In this document: in pieces, positions 36,234-48,981 of the stretch
Numbering within the stretch: the stretch's first letter is position 1
How the letters are laid out: every line of letters begins with the position of its first letter
NCBI RefSeq assembly: GCF_902713615.1
Contig: NC_052162.1
Location: forward strand, 130,472,653 to 130,536,652
Direction: 5' to 3'
Source: Scyliorhinus canicula
Lineage: Eukaryota
DNA: 64,000 bases
The notes under the pieces: model-generated
What the model was told of the DNA's origin: nothing
Database searches by the model: none
The model's input: only the letters and a program-made list of their open reading frames with translations
Program-made: the position numbers and the translations under genes

Positions 36234-37356
36234 ATCTAAATTCAAAGTTAACTATTTTACTGCAAAAACAACTTCAGCTGGGAGTCAGTGAATGAAGAGG
36301 AAAGATCCCTGGCAGCGGTTCTTCAAGGTTCACTGCAGGCCCGGCAGCTCAATCTACTCCATTCTCAGCTGAGGAGAGTTCAACAACTCCACAGAATGTC
36401 CACAGGGGAGTTCTGCTGGTGCAGTGGGACCAGCATCCATGTTTTAACTAACACCACCAGAAAAAAACTGGATTAAGCGGTCACTGGTCTTAGTAAGGAA
36501 TCTTAGCACAAACTAGCTGCAGTGAAACGGTAACGTCTTATATTTATGTAGCACAATTCATGTAATAAAACATCCCAAAGGTGCTTCAGAGGGGTTTCAT
36601 GAAGAAACAAATTGACACCGAGTCACGTGGGGAGATATTTGAACAGATGGTCAACACCTTGATTGGAGAGGCAGATTTTAACAGGCATCTTGGAGCAGTA
36701 CAGTGGCACAATGGTTAGTACTGCTGCCTCACAGCACCAGGGGCCCAGGTTCTATTTAGGTCATGCTAAATTGCCCCTTGGGCTGGGGTTTCAGCAATCT
36801 GGTGGGGGATTGGGCCTGGGCCCTGGTGCTCTTTCAGAGGATCGGTGCAGACTTGATGGGCTGAATGGCTTAATTATGCACTGTAGGGATTCACTGGGAT
36901 GAAATTCATAGTGGTGACTGAAGACAATGGCTTTGGTCTTCCCAATTTTAAAAAAAGTATGTTGAGATTTAGTATTTTAACAAATAGCGCAACGAAACCA
37001 CAGGAATGGTACAGCACCACAAGAGATGGTAACTGCTCAACATACAAACAGGAATACAGAGGGGAACAGCAGTATAGCTGGGTCAAGACAATCATTAGAC
37101 ATAACTTGATACTTCTAAACATCCCTGAGAAGAAGGGAGGGACACGATAAAGCCACGAAAACATGGTACACACGTCCCACGCGGCGATTGTCACGCCATG
37201 TTGCGGTGCGCACTAATGTACATCTCCGTCAACTCCAAAAGAACCAGAGTCGCCAATGACACACTGCAACCCCTTCCCTTGGATAGCGGACCCGTCTGTA
37301 TCCTTGCAGTATTCAATCACAGATTTATTATCCCCACCCATTAGAATAAACAAAGA

Positions 37357-37583
37357 GGGCAGCACGGTGGCCTAGTGGTTAGCACAACCGCCTCACGGCG
37401 CTGAGGTCCCAGGTTCGATCCCGGCTCTGGGTCACTGTCTGTGCGGAGTTTGCATATTCTCCCCGTGTCTGTGTGGGTTTCGCCCCCACAACCCAAAAAT
37501 GTGCAGAGTAGGTGGATTGGCCACGCTAAATTGCCCCTTAATTAGAAAAAATAATTGGGTAATCTAAATTTATAAAAAAAAAG
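37357..37583 (+). mobile_element. V-SINE, short form
   Basis: TSD AGAATAAACAAAGA. Confidence 0.9.
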
Positions 37584-37752
37584 AATAAACAAAGAAAATT
37601 CACAAGAACCCCAGTTCTAAGAGGGTGTTACATGTATACCACGCAACAACACAACATATCCCCAATTTTTGGCCATGTAGTGAACCAACATCATTCCATG
37701 CAATTATACAGAGAGGACCAGCAATTAGATATTCGGATTATGATCAGTGCCA

Positions 37753-38510
37753 TGTGATATATGTAGAAATTACCACATATAGTATTTCATATTTGTGGCA
37801 GTAATGTTATTAAAAACACTGATTTAAAATGTGTAAAGGCAGTGTGTCTACTAAAGCTGTAATTAGGAGGTCATAAAAGGTGAGGTAATCATTAATTCCA
37901 ACCACTTACTTGGTTACAGATAAAGGGCTAATGGAACATTGTTTATATTTTGGATGGTTCCCTGGAGTGTAGATAATTTATGAGGGATTGTTTTGAATCC
38001 TAGCTAAGCTGGGCACAGACTTAGTGGGACACAGATAATGCAATTAATGGGAGGAGCCAGGTCTGTCTGTAGTTTTTCAGTCTCATAGGATTTCAAATTG
38101 AGCCACAGTTTTGCCAAATACCGTTGGTTGAGCAGAGGTATACTGGACCTGCTCTTGAAAGGAATTCTCTCTCCAAAAATCTCTGCACAGCTAAGTAAGC
38201 AACCTATTTTATTAACTTTATTTATAAGTGGCATTTGAACTGTTGCTCAATTGGAATTAGTGGCAGGTATAGAAAGTAAACTCAAGTTTTTCTTTTTGCT
38301 TATGAACAGTTCAAATAATAATTGTAAACCTATTTCTTTGATGTCAATGTGATTCATTCTGTGTCTAAATTAAAGTTTGTTTTAACATAAGGATGGTCAG
38401 AGTCATCACTCCTGTGGTGTAGTATCCTTTCCTCATAGTTTTACATATAGAAAAATTGTTTGTAGTTCTTATCCGGTATCCTAACAAATATCGGGGTTGG
38501 TATCTTAACA
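37753..38510 (+). mobile_element. Solo LTR (family A)
   Basis: TGTGA...TAACA; homologous to 10483-11700. Confidence 0.78.
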
Positions 38511-39839
38511 ACCGTCAATGCCTCCCAAAAGGGGCAGAGAACTACCAGCAATGGATCACAGGATAACCAAAGGTCAGGACCCAACTATGGGTCCAGATAC
38601 CCCCCGTGCACGCCCACCATCGTTGATGAAAAAGAGTCAAAAAACAAACACTCAATAAAATAAGAAGCATCCCAACCACAAGGGGGGGGCAATAGGATGT
38701 CAACTAAAGTACAGAACCCGACTCAACCCCAGGCACCTATGTACAGAAGAATCTTCTCAAGAAATCCCTAATAAGTGCCTTCAAGAAGGGACAGCCCAGG
38801 CACTAGGGGGCGACAGGATACCAACCACAGCCCCGAATCTGATCTAGCCCAGAAGACTCCGACACACAATAATCATTGGCACAGGCCCCATACCCCTGTC
38901 GGTCTTGCACCTCCTCAACCACACCCAGGGCAGTGCACCTCAGCCACTGCTAATACACTAGCCCTAAAATTGTCAAGACACCCACTAATTGTGAGGAGGG
39001 GGGTAACTCCCTACCCCTAGTACAATAAGGGGATCCCCCACCCTGCTGTGGACTACCGAACCAACAAGGATTTATAACTGCACACTGTTCACCTAGATGA
39101 AGAGAAGACAAAAAAAAATCCTTCAGGGTAAACGCCAAATGAGAAAGAGAAAAAACCGTTCCGTCAAATTTTTAAAAGTACCCCAATCACAAGGGGAGGC
39201 AGCAGGATATCAATGAGAGTTCAGGACTTGGCTCAACACCAGGCCTCCTGTGCAAAGAAGAGCCCCCTCAGAATGTCCCTAATAAGTACCTTCGAGAAGA
39301 GACAGCCCAAGCTCCAGGGGGCGATTGGATCCCAACCACAGCACCGGACCTGGCCCAGTCCGGCATCCTCTGACACACAACAATCAGCTTCCCCATGGCC
39401 CCCAGCATAGCCCAGCTGCACCTCCTCAACCACACCCAGGGCAGTGTACATCCCCCACTGAACAGCGCACTGCTCACCCAGAAGAAGAGAAAAAAGAAAA
39501 CAGAAGGAAACAACGCTGGAGTTGGCCCAAGAACAGTCAACAAATCAATCAAGGATTGACTGTGCCGACCACGACATGCGCACTATTCATTCCCGAAGAA
39601 CACCGACCTCAAAGAAAAGCCAGAAGGAATCCAGTCCTTCCCAGGATGCGTAAAGTGCCCAGGTTATTGCTAGAGATCGGCATAGATTCCTAAATTTTAA
39701 AAAAAAATGAATAAAAACCTGGTCGTCATGAGCACCAAAGGGGATCGCTGATTGATCTCTCCATGGGCTTCATGGAATACAAGTTCCTGTGATGAGCAGG
39801 TGGATGCCCACCCAGTGAGAGCTCTAAATGTAGCTCCTA

Positions 39840-40065
39840 GGGCAGCACATTATCATAGTTAGCACGGTTATCTCACGGCGCCGAGGTCCCGGGGTTCGAT
39901 CCCGGCTCTGGGTCACTGTCCGGGTGGAGTTTGCACATTCTCCCCGTGTTAGCGTGGGTTTCACCCCCACAACCCAAAGATGTGCAGGGTAGGTGGATTG
40001 GCCACACTAAATTGCCCCTTAATTGGAATAAATGAATTGGATACTCTAAATTTATAAGGGAAAAT
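39840..40065 (+). mobile_element. V-SINE short form in the Gypsy 5' LTR
   Basis: 13-bp TSD TAAATGTAGCTCC. Confidence 0.88.
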
Positions 40066-41166
40066 AAATGTAGCTCCCGGACCTGGACTGCCAGTTCCCG
40101 ATAGTCCTGGTGAGTTGTTTTGTATGCCACAGTAACAATTTTATTTTTGGTTTAAAATAAACCAGTTAGGCCTTTCACTGCACACCTCCTGGACGACGAG
40201 GATCATGGGATTCTGAGCAACCCATTGAAACTCCCCGATGACAACTACGGTTAGAAACAAAGCAAAAAACAAAAAGGGAGACTCACTTGTTTGTAAAGTT
40301 GAGCCTTATAATGCGGACCTGGGGGACTGGCCCCAGTATGCAAATGCATGCGCTACTTCATCCGCGCTATCCTTCGGAATGCTGAGAAGGGGGCACAAGA
40401 ACTCCCAAGGCATGATTGACAGTCATGCCCTCAGGCTGGGAGGGGGGGGAGAATTACCTTCATACATAAAAAGCATTCCCAGTGAAGATTCCCATGTGCC
40501 TCACCCACCACCAACTCAGCATTCAGCCAGGACATTCTGGCATCTCAAAAGACGGTGGGATAACCCTAGAAGCACCAGGCAAACCTCCCCAGAGGACTAC
40601 AAGTGTCAGCTGCAAGACTGCTGTAACTGTGGCTAAAGGACACGACCCAGGCAAGGTTGCCACAATCAGCAGTATGTGTGCTGCCCATGCCAGAAGCCAA
40701 AGCCACCTCGGGCCCAGGCCTTGCAAGTCTATAAGCCTGCAAAGGATAAAATGATGCAGCTAAACTGCATCATCACTCCTAAGGTTGCCCTGATAAACAC
40801 TCTTGGTCAATGGCTATTCCCTATAAACGGATGTGGATACGGGAGCTGCATTGTCTCCATTGTCGGAGAACAAACCTTCCGGCGTCTTCGAATGGGCATC
40901 TTGTCCCTTGGCCTGTGAGACACCAGATTGGTCACATATACAAGGGAACCTTGAAGATTATGGGGATCACTATCATCTCCGTTGGCTCCAGAGGATTTGT
41001 CTGGACTGGCTTCAAACTTTTAAACTGGGAACCTGTGGACTGGACAAGGTCTTGGGCAAATATCTTGAAGTATTCCAAGAAGGCCTTGGTAGAACAAAGG
41101 GAGCAGGGATTCAAAGATTTATTTGGACCCTGGTGCCCTACCCTATTATGACCAAAGTCATATCTG

Positions 41167-41498
41167 GGGCAGCACGGTAGCACAAGTGGACAGCACTGTG
41201 GCTTCACAGCGCCATGGTCCCAGGTTCAATTCCCTGCTGGGTCACTGTCTGTGCGGAGTCTGCACGTTCTCCCCGTGTGTGTGTGGGTTTCCTCCGGGTG
41301 CTCCGGTTTCCCCCCACAGTCCAAAGACGTGCAGGTTAGGTGGATTGGCCATGATAAATTGCCCTTAGTGACCAAAAAAGGTTAGGAAGGGTTGTTGGGT
41401 TACGGGGATAGGGTGGAAGTGAGGGATTAGGTGGGTCGGTGCAGACTCGATGGGCCAAATGGCCTCCTTCTGCACTGTATGTTCTATGTAATCTATGT
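41167..41498 (+). mobile_element. HE1 SINE, long form
   Basis: Consensus match; flanked by AAAGT. Confidence 0.9.
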
Positions 41499-43290
41499 AA
41501 AGTAGAGACTGAGCTTGAACGGCTAGAGACTTGGGATAATATAACCAGTGCTATTTGCAGAGTAGTCCCCAACCTCAAGCCTGACAAGTCGGTCGTCTTT
41601 GCGGGGACTATAAATTAATGGTTAATAAAGCTTCACGTTTAGATTGGCACCCCATGCCATGCATAGATCCATATGCCAAACTGGCAGAGGGTCAAACAGT
41701 CACCAAACTAGATATGAGCCATGTGTGCCTTCAGCTAGAATTAACATATATTGTGATTGGTTGGGTCCTAGCACCAATCCCGATGGTACTCCATCAGTCA
41801 CTGCCTGCCAATTTGAAAAAGACCCATTAATTCCTACTCTTTGTTTCCTGTCTGCCAACCAATTTTTTATCCATCTCAATCCACTATCCTTAATCCCATG
41901 CACTTTAAATAGAAAATAAATAAATTTAGAGCACCCAATTCATTTTTTCCAATTAAGGGGCAATTTAGCGTGGCCAGTCCACCTACCCTGCACATCTTTG
42001 GGTTGTGGGAGCGAAACCCACGCAGACATGGGGAGAATGTGCAAACTCCACACGGACTGTGACCCAGAGCCGGGATCAAACCTGGGACCTCAGCGCCGTG
42101 ATACAGTAGTGCTAACTACTGCGCCACCGTGCTGAACTGCCATGCGTTTAATTTTACACGTTAATTTCTTATGCGGGACGTTTGTCAAAAGCCATCTGAA
42201 AGTCCAAATATACCACATCCACTGGCTCCCCCTCGTCAACTCTACCAGTTACACCCTCGAAGAATTCCAGATTTGTCAAGCATGATTTCCCCTTCATAAT
42301 TCCATGCTGACTCTGTCCGATCCTGCCCTATTTTTAAGTGCTCAGCAATAAAATCTTTGATAATGGATTCTAGAATTTTCTCCCCTACCAACATCAGGTT
42401 TACTGGTCCACAATTCCCTGTTTTCTCTCTACCTCCCTTGTTAAATAGTGGAGTGACATTAGCCACCCTCCAAACTGTAGGAACTGTTTCAGAGTCTATA
42501 GAACGCTGGAAGATGATCACCAATGCATCCACTATTTCCAGGGCCACTTCCTTAAGTTTGTAGATTGTCAGGGCCTGGAAATCTATCAGCCTTCAATCCT
42601 ATCAATTTACTCAACACTATTTCTCCACAGATACTGATCTTCAATTCCTCCCTCTCACTAAACCCTGCATTCCCTAATATTTCTGGTATCTGATTTGTGT
42701 CCTCATTTGTGAGGACAGAACCAAAGTATGTATTTAGCTGCTCAGCCATTTCTTTGTCCCCTATTATACATTCCCCTGTTTCCGACTGGAAGGGGACCTA
42801 CATTAGTTTTCATTAATGTTTTTTCTTTTCATGTACCTATAGAAACTTTTACAACCAGTTTTTATGTTCCTTGCGAGCTTACCTGTGTACTCTATTTTCC
42901 CTTCTCAATCAATCCCTTTGCTGAATTCTAGACTGTTCCAAATCCACAGATCTATCGTTTTTCTCGGCCAATTTATATGTTTCTTCCTTGGATCGAATAC
43001 TATCTCTAATTTCCCTTGTAAGTCATGGATTGGCGACCTTACCATTTTGCTTTTGTGCCAGACAGGAATAAACAATTGTTGCAGATTCACTGTACTCTCC
43101 ATGAATGATTACCATTATCTATCCACTGTCAACCCTTTAAGTAACATTCCCCAATCATCCATGCCAGTCCATGCCTCATATCATCGTAGTTTCATTTACT
43201 AATGTTCAGGACTCTCGTCTCTGAATCATCTACTTCACTCTCCACCTTGATGAAAAATGTTATCGTGTTGTGGTCGCTCGTTCATAATAA

Positions 43291-45369
43291 ACTTTTTAAA
43301 AAATATATTTTTATTCTCCATTTTCACATTTTCTTCAAAATTTACGCCCCACCAACAAACAGTGAACAGTATGTGGTGAATGTGATTCACACCGGATTAT
43401 AATCTGTATATACATGTGCCTATACTGTAAGTGCAGTTGCACTACCTGACCACCAGGGGGAGTAGCTCTGGGAATGCTCGAGAATTGTACTGGGTTTCTC
43501 CCTTGGTTCCGCCCAGGACTCCTCCCCCTGGAGCTGCTGTATAAAGATCAGTGCCACATGGTCAGCCGGCCAGTTCACTGAAAGTTCAACGGCTAACCGG
43601 TTGGCTCTGTTGTGAGTATATTAAAACCGCTATTCTAATCCAACAAGCACGTGTCCATAGAATTGTTAGTTCCAACACAGTAATGAATACAATGTCAATC
43701 CCCTTATTCACAACAACAATCCCGTCCTCCCACCAACCCCCAAACAACGGCCCGCCTGACAATATAAGCATCAAATAAAACAAAATCTCCAAAGGAGAGA
43801 AAAAAAAAGGAATCAGGAATCTCCTATGGTCACCATTGACATATACAGGCCACCTCCCCCCCCCCCCCCCCCCCCCCCCCCCCACCCCTCCCCCCCCCCC
43901 CCCCCCTCCCAATATTCAACGCCATCCAATCCCCAAAAGACTCCAACCTCGGTTCCTTCCCCCAACTTTTCATCCCGGCTAGACTCACCGAAACCTGTTC
44001 TACCAGGCTCCGATGGCTGCAGCCCCTCCCCCACCTCACTCCCGCTCACTGGCCGTCTTAAACTGCCCAGCGTGGAGACCCCGCCCGGATCTCCTTCCCC
44101 TTGCCTGGTCCCAGGAAAACCAAAAAATCCCCTTTAGCACACAACCCCCACATACACACCCAAGCCCCAAACAACAATCATTGCAAATGAAAGTCCCAAC
44201 TCTTCCCTTGTCCAAATATATACAGCGTCGACTCATTTAGTACATACACCAACACGCAGTGGTAAAATAAAGTTACATGAGGCTACATTGGTACAAGACC
44301 TGCTCTCAGTCCCATTTCTCAATTCTGCCACAGCCCTTCTGCCTTTGCAAACTCCTCCATCGCTTCCGTTGTCCCAAAATAAAAGTCCTTGGATTTGTAG
44401 GTCACCCTCAGCTGGATACATTATGCCGCACTGCACCTTGCTGATGTACAGTGCCTTCTTCACCCGGCTGAAGGCCGCCCGCCTCCTCACCAGCTCCATC
44501 GTAAAGTCCTGGTATATGCATATACCAGCTCCAGCCCACTGCACCACCTGCTTCTGCTTTGCCCAGCACAGGACCTTCTCCTTCATGCTGTACCTATGGA
44601 AACATACAGTTACTACTCTTGGCGGCTCACTCGCCTTTGGTAGAGGCCTCCACGACCGACGAGCCCAATTCAGTTTGTATCGAGAGGGATCGTCCCCCTC
44701 CCCCAATAGCTCCGCCAACATTGTGGCAAAATGTTCCCTGGGCCTTGGGCCTTCCAACCCTTCGGGCAGACCCACGATCCCCAGATTCTGCCACCTGGAT
44801 CTGTTTTCCAGGTCTTCCATTTTGGCTCGCAGACCCGTTTTGGTCTCTAACACCTTCTGCAGCTCCTTCCCCATCGAGGTGAGTTGATCACTGTGCTGCG
44901 ATAATGCCTCTCCACTTCCTTGAGTGTCTCACCTTACTCCCACATCTCTGCCGCTGCGCTCGATACCGCTGCTCTCACCGGAGCAATCGTCTCCTCCACC
45001 AGCACTTTCAATACCGCCCCCATCTCCTTCTTCATCGCTTCCATGTGCTTTGTGAACTGTTTTTCAAGTTCCACGGCCATCACCTTCATCATTTCTTCTG
45101 CTGTGAGCAATGCGGCCTCCCCTGGGGCTCCAGCCTCCGCTTTCCTTACAGTTCCTGCGCTGACTTTTCCACCCACCGGCGGACTTTCATTAACTCCCTT
45201 TCTCACGGCTGTTTCTTTCCCAAACTTGGACATTTCTCCTCACTGTACCTTCTTACAACTTTTTCAGCCTCCGTTGCCCCTGGGACCAGGCATTAAAACC
45301 TCGAAAATTCTATTCCCGAGCGGGAGTCCTCCAGTGTGCGGCTGCCTCCCGCTGCCGTCACCAGAAGTC
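43291..45369 (-). mobile_element. L1-family element with 5'UTR, ORF1, 3'UTR and polyA but no ORF2 (HAL1-like)
   Basis: 5' end homologous to the L1 at 63361. ORF1 MSKFGKET...DLENRSRWQNLGIVGLPEG...IYQDF (45233 to ~44300, frameshifted). AATAAA and A-rich tail at ~43315-43291. Confidence 0.8.
43372..43677 (+). mobile_element. Small solo LTR (306 bp)
   Basis: TG...CA, TATAAA, ATTAAA, 5-bp TSD CAGTA. Confidence 0.88.
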
Positions 45370-46255
45370 TATCCATTCATAATAATCTTAATTGTCACAA
45401 GTAGGCTTACATTAACACTGCAATGAAATTACTGTGAAAAGCCTCAAGTCGCCACACTCCGGCGCCTGTTCGGGTACACAGAAGGAGAATTCCGAATGCC
45501 CAATTCACCTAACAGCACGTCTTTCAAGACTTGTGGGAGGAAACCGGAGCACCCGGAGGAAACCCACGCAGACACGGGGAGAACATGCAGACTCCACATA
45601 GACAGTGTCCCAAGCCGGGAATCGAACCTGGGACCCTGGCTCTGTGAAGCAACATCCCAAACGGGTCTCACACAATTAGATTGCCAATGATTCCCAGTCT
45701 AATATGGCCGGTTCTCTAGTTGGTTCCTCAACATATTGGTCCAAAAAAACATCCCGTATACACGTGAGAATTCCTCCTCAACAATATTGTGGCTAATTTG
45801 GTTCGCCCAATCTACATGCAGATTAAAATCACTCTTAATTACAGATGAACCATTATCGTATGTGTCTCTAAGTTCCTGTTCAATGCCATTTTCAACAAGA
45901 CCACTGCGGTTTGGGCATCTAAATACCGTACCAATTAACATTTTTTGTCCCTTGGTGTTTCTCATGCTCTCCCCATATATAGATTCCACATTGTCAGAGC
46001 TAATATCCTTCCTCATTAATTTCCTATTTAACCAGCAATGCAACCCACCGCCTTTTCCTTTTTCTCTGTTCTTCCTAAATGCTGAATACTCCTGGACATT
46101 CAGTTCCCTTCTCTGGTCACCCTGCAACCATGTCTCCATAATCCTGATCGTATCATACCCATTTATGTCTATTTACGCAATTAGCTCATTCACTTTATTG
46201 TGAATGCTCCGCGCGTTAAGGAACACAGCCTTGAAGCTTGTCTTTTTCACATTAC

Positions 46256-47015
46256 TGGCGGAATTCTCCCCCCCCCCCCCCCATGCCGGGTGGGAGAATC
46301 GCTGGGGCGCCGAACGAGTCCCGCCACGCCGCCTCGGCACCCGCACGCGATGCTCCCGCCCCCCCCAAACCGGCGTGGTGAGATTCACGGCTGGCCGCTC
46401 GGAGAATCGCCGCTTGCCGTTTGTAATGGGCGAGCGGCGATTCTCCGGCCCGGATGGGCCAAGCGGCCCGCCCAATACGACATGTTCCCGCCGGCGCCGT
46501 CCACACCTGGTCACATCCGGCGGGAACAGCGCGGGAATGCTGGGGGGGGGGGGGGGGCGGCCTGTGGGTGGGGGAGGGGGGATCCAGCACCGGGGGGGGG
46601 CCTCAAAAGGGGTCTGACCCGCAATCGGTGCCCACCGATCGGAGGGCCGGCCTATCTGAATGAGGAACTCCTTTCCTCCGCCGCTCCGCAAGATCCATCC
46701 GACATGTCTTGCGGGGCGGCCGCTGGGAGGACGGCAACCGTGCATGGGAGGGTTGGCGCCAGCCAACCTGTGCAAGCGCAGGTGACGTCATTTACGCGGC
46801 GCTGGCGTGTAATGTATGCGGCGCTGGCGTGTAATGTATGCGGCGCCGCTTTTATGCGGTGCCAAGGCCCGGCGCGCGTAAATGACGCGGCGCCGCTCCT
46901 AGCTCCCCAGGGGTGGGAGAATAGGGGGCGGGGAGCGGCCTCCGACGCCGGAGTGAAACACTCCGGTTTTCACTCCGGCGTCGGGACTTAGTCTCCCGAT
47001 GGGAGAATTTCGCCC
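46256..47015. mobile_element. CpG-rich MITE, PIF/Harbinger-like
   Basis: TIR GGCGGAATTCTCCC / GGGAGAATTTCGCC (1 mismatch), 3-bp TSD TAC, no transposase. Confidence 0.8.
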
Positions 47016-47573
47016 TACATGTCTCGCTCCCAATATTTTTCACTGTGGCCCTGCTTAAATCTGGCCCTTGGCTTCTCTGTCTGTCACTTTTCTTATTCTT
47101 CTTTCTGTCTTTTGTTTTTGTCCTTGTTTCCTCCTCCTCTGACTTCTTTCATAGGTTCCCACCCCCCTGCCATTTTAATTTAAACCCTCCCCAAACACTG
47201 CCACTGGGATATCAGTCCCAGTCCTGCCCAGGAGTAACCCGTCCAGTTTGTACTGGTCCCACCTCCCCTAGAACCGATCCCAATGCTTTAGGAATCTGAA
47301 TCCCTCCCCCCTCACACCATCTCCTCAGCCATGTATTCAGCCGATATATCCCGCTATTTCTACTCTGACTAGCGCATGACACTGGTAGTAATCCTGAGAT
47401 TACTACTTTGTGGTCCAACTACTCAACTTTGCTCCGAACTCCCTATATCCTGCTGTTAGGACCTCTTCCCTTAATTTGCCTTTGTTGTTGATAACAATAA
47501 TTACCACGACCACTGGCTGTTCAGCCCACACACCCCCCAACCCCCACCGTTCCAGAATGTCTTGTAACCGCTC

Positions 47574-48323
47574 TGATAAAATATTAAAGCATGCCGCTGT
47601 GCAGAGAGACCTGGGTGTGCTAGTGCATGAGTCACAGAAAGTTGGTTTACAGGTGCAACAGGTGATTAAGAAGGCAAATGGAGTTTTGTCCTTCATTGCT
47701 AGAGGGATGGAGTTTAAGACTAGGGAGGTTATGTTGCAATTGTATACGGTGTTAGTGAGGCCACACCTGGAGTATTGTGTTCAGTTTTGGTCTCCTTACC
47801 TGAGAAAGGACGTACTGGCACTGGAGGGTGTGCAGAGGAGATTCACTAGGTTAATCCCAGAGCTGAAAGGGTTGGATTATGAGGAGAGGTTGAGTAGACT
47901 GGGACTGTACTCGTTGGAATTTAGAAGGATGAGGGGGGATCTTATAGAAACATATAAAACTATGAAGGGAATAGATAGGATAGATGCGGGCAGGTTGTTT
48001 CCACTGGTGGGTGAAAGCAGAACTAGGGGACATAGCCTCAAAATAAGGGGAAGTAGATTTAGGACTGAGTTTAGGAGGAACTTCTTCACCCAAAGGGTTG
48101 TGAATCTATGGAATTCCTTGCCCAGTGAAGCAGTTGAGGCTCCTTCATTAAATGTTTTTAAGGTAAAGATAGATAGTTTTTTGAAGAATAAAGGGATTAA
48201 AGGTTATGGTGTTCGGGCCGGAAAGTGGAGCTGAGTCCATAAAAGATCAGCCATGATCTCATTGAATGGTGGAGCAGGCTCGAGGGGCCAGATGGCCTAC
48301 TCCTGCTCCTAGTTCTTATGTTC
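47574..48323 (+). mobile_element. Young 5'-truncated CR1 (ORF2 C-terminus open, 3'UTR)
   Basis: QRDLGVLVH...VRPHLEYCVQFWSP...TRGHSLKI...WNSLP is uninterrupted; tail CCTACTCCTGCTCCTAGTTCTTATGTTC. Confidence 0.92.
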
Positions 48324-48981
48324 ATCCTCAAGTCCCATTTGCACCCCTTACAATTGAATCCCCTTTTGCATTCCCACACCTTTTACTCTCCTCTGCAGCA
48401 GACCCAACCGTGGTGCAATGAATTTAACTTTTGCTGCTTTCCCCTGAGAGGTCATTCCCCTCGACAGTATCCAAAATGATATATCTTGTTTCGCAGGGGA
48501 ATGGCCACATGAGATCCTGTACTGCCTGTCGAGCTCTCTTGCTCTGGCTGGTGGTCCTGCCTGTGGAGTCTGAGGCCTGTGATGTGACCACCTCTTTGTG
48601 TGGGCTAGCCACCAAACTCTCCACCAGGCGAATGCTCTGCAGTGTCCCTAGCAGCCTCTGCAGCTCCAAAACCCCGGCTTCCAGGGGCTGTAGCCGGGAG
48701 ACATTTCCTGCACACATGCAGGATGGGACAATGGCACAGAGAGACCGATAGCATACACATACCCAACCTCAGCGGATGCGGAAAGACACCATTCTCAGAT
48801 CGAAAAGGAAGGATCAGCTATTATCTTTGGGGTGAAGAAATTCCACCCATATGTCTACGGCTCACATTACACAATTATAACAAACCATAAACCCTGGCTG
48901 GGCCTTTTCAAAGAGGAATAGGTGATTCCCTCCATTGCCTCGGCTGTCTCCCAACGTTGGGCATAATTGTTAGCGTCCTAC

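Larger units (their letters stand above)
41760..48715 (-). mobile_element. Older CR1 LINE (ORF1 with SGNH-esterase-like part, ORF2 endonuclease and RT parts), fragmented
   Basis: ORF1 'VVISGLLPV...YRLNTWLRRWC' 47212-47418; EN 'VFLNARSIHNKVNEL', 'ETWLQ', 'DFN' 45700-46250; 'WRVANVTPLFNKGGREKTGNC' 42242-42547; 'WLADRKQRVGING' ~41850. Includes SINEs 41915-42133 and 45379-45652. Confidence 0.8.

Noticed and set aside
46173-46991. 200-263 aa ORFs as a possible transposase or host gene
   Set aside because: GC-rich MITE sequence with no DDE or Myb-like motif.
47410-48234. 274-aa ORF as a host gene
   Set aside because: Chimera of antisense old CR1 sequence and the C-terminus of a young truncated CR1 ORF2.
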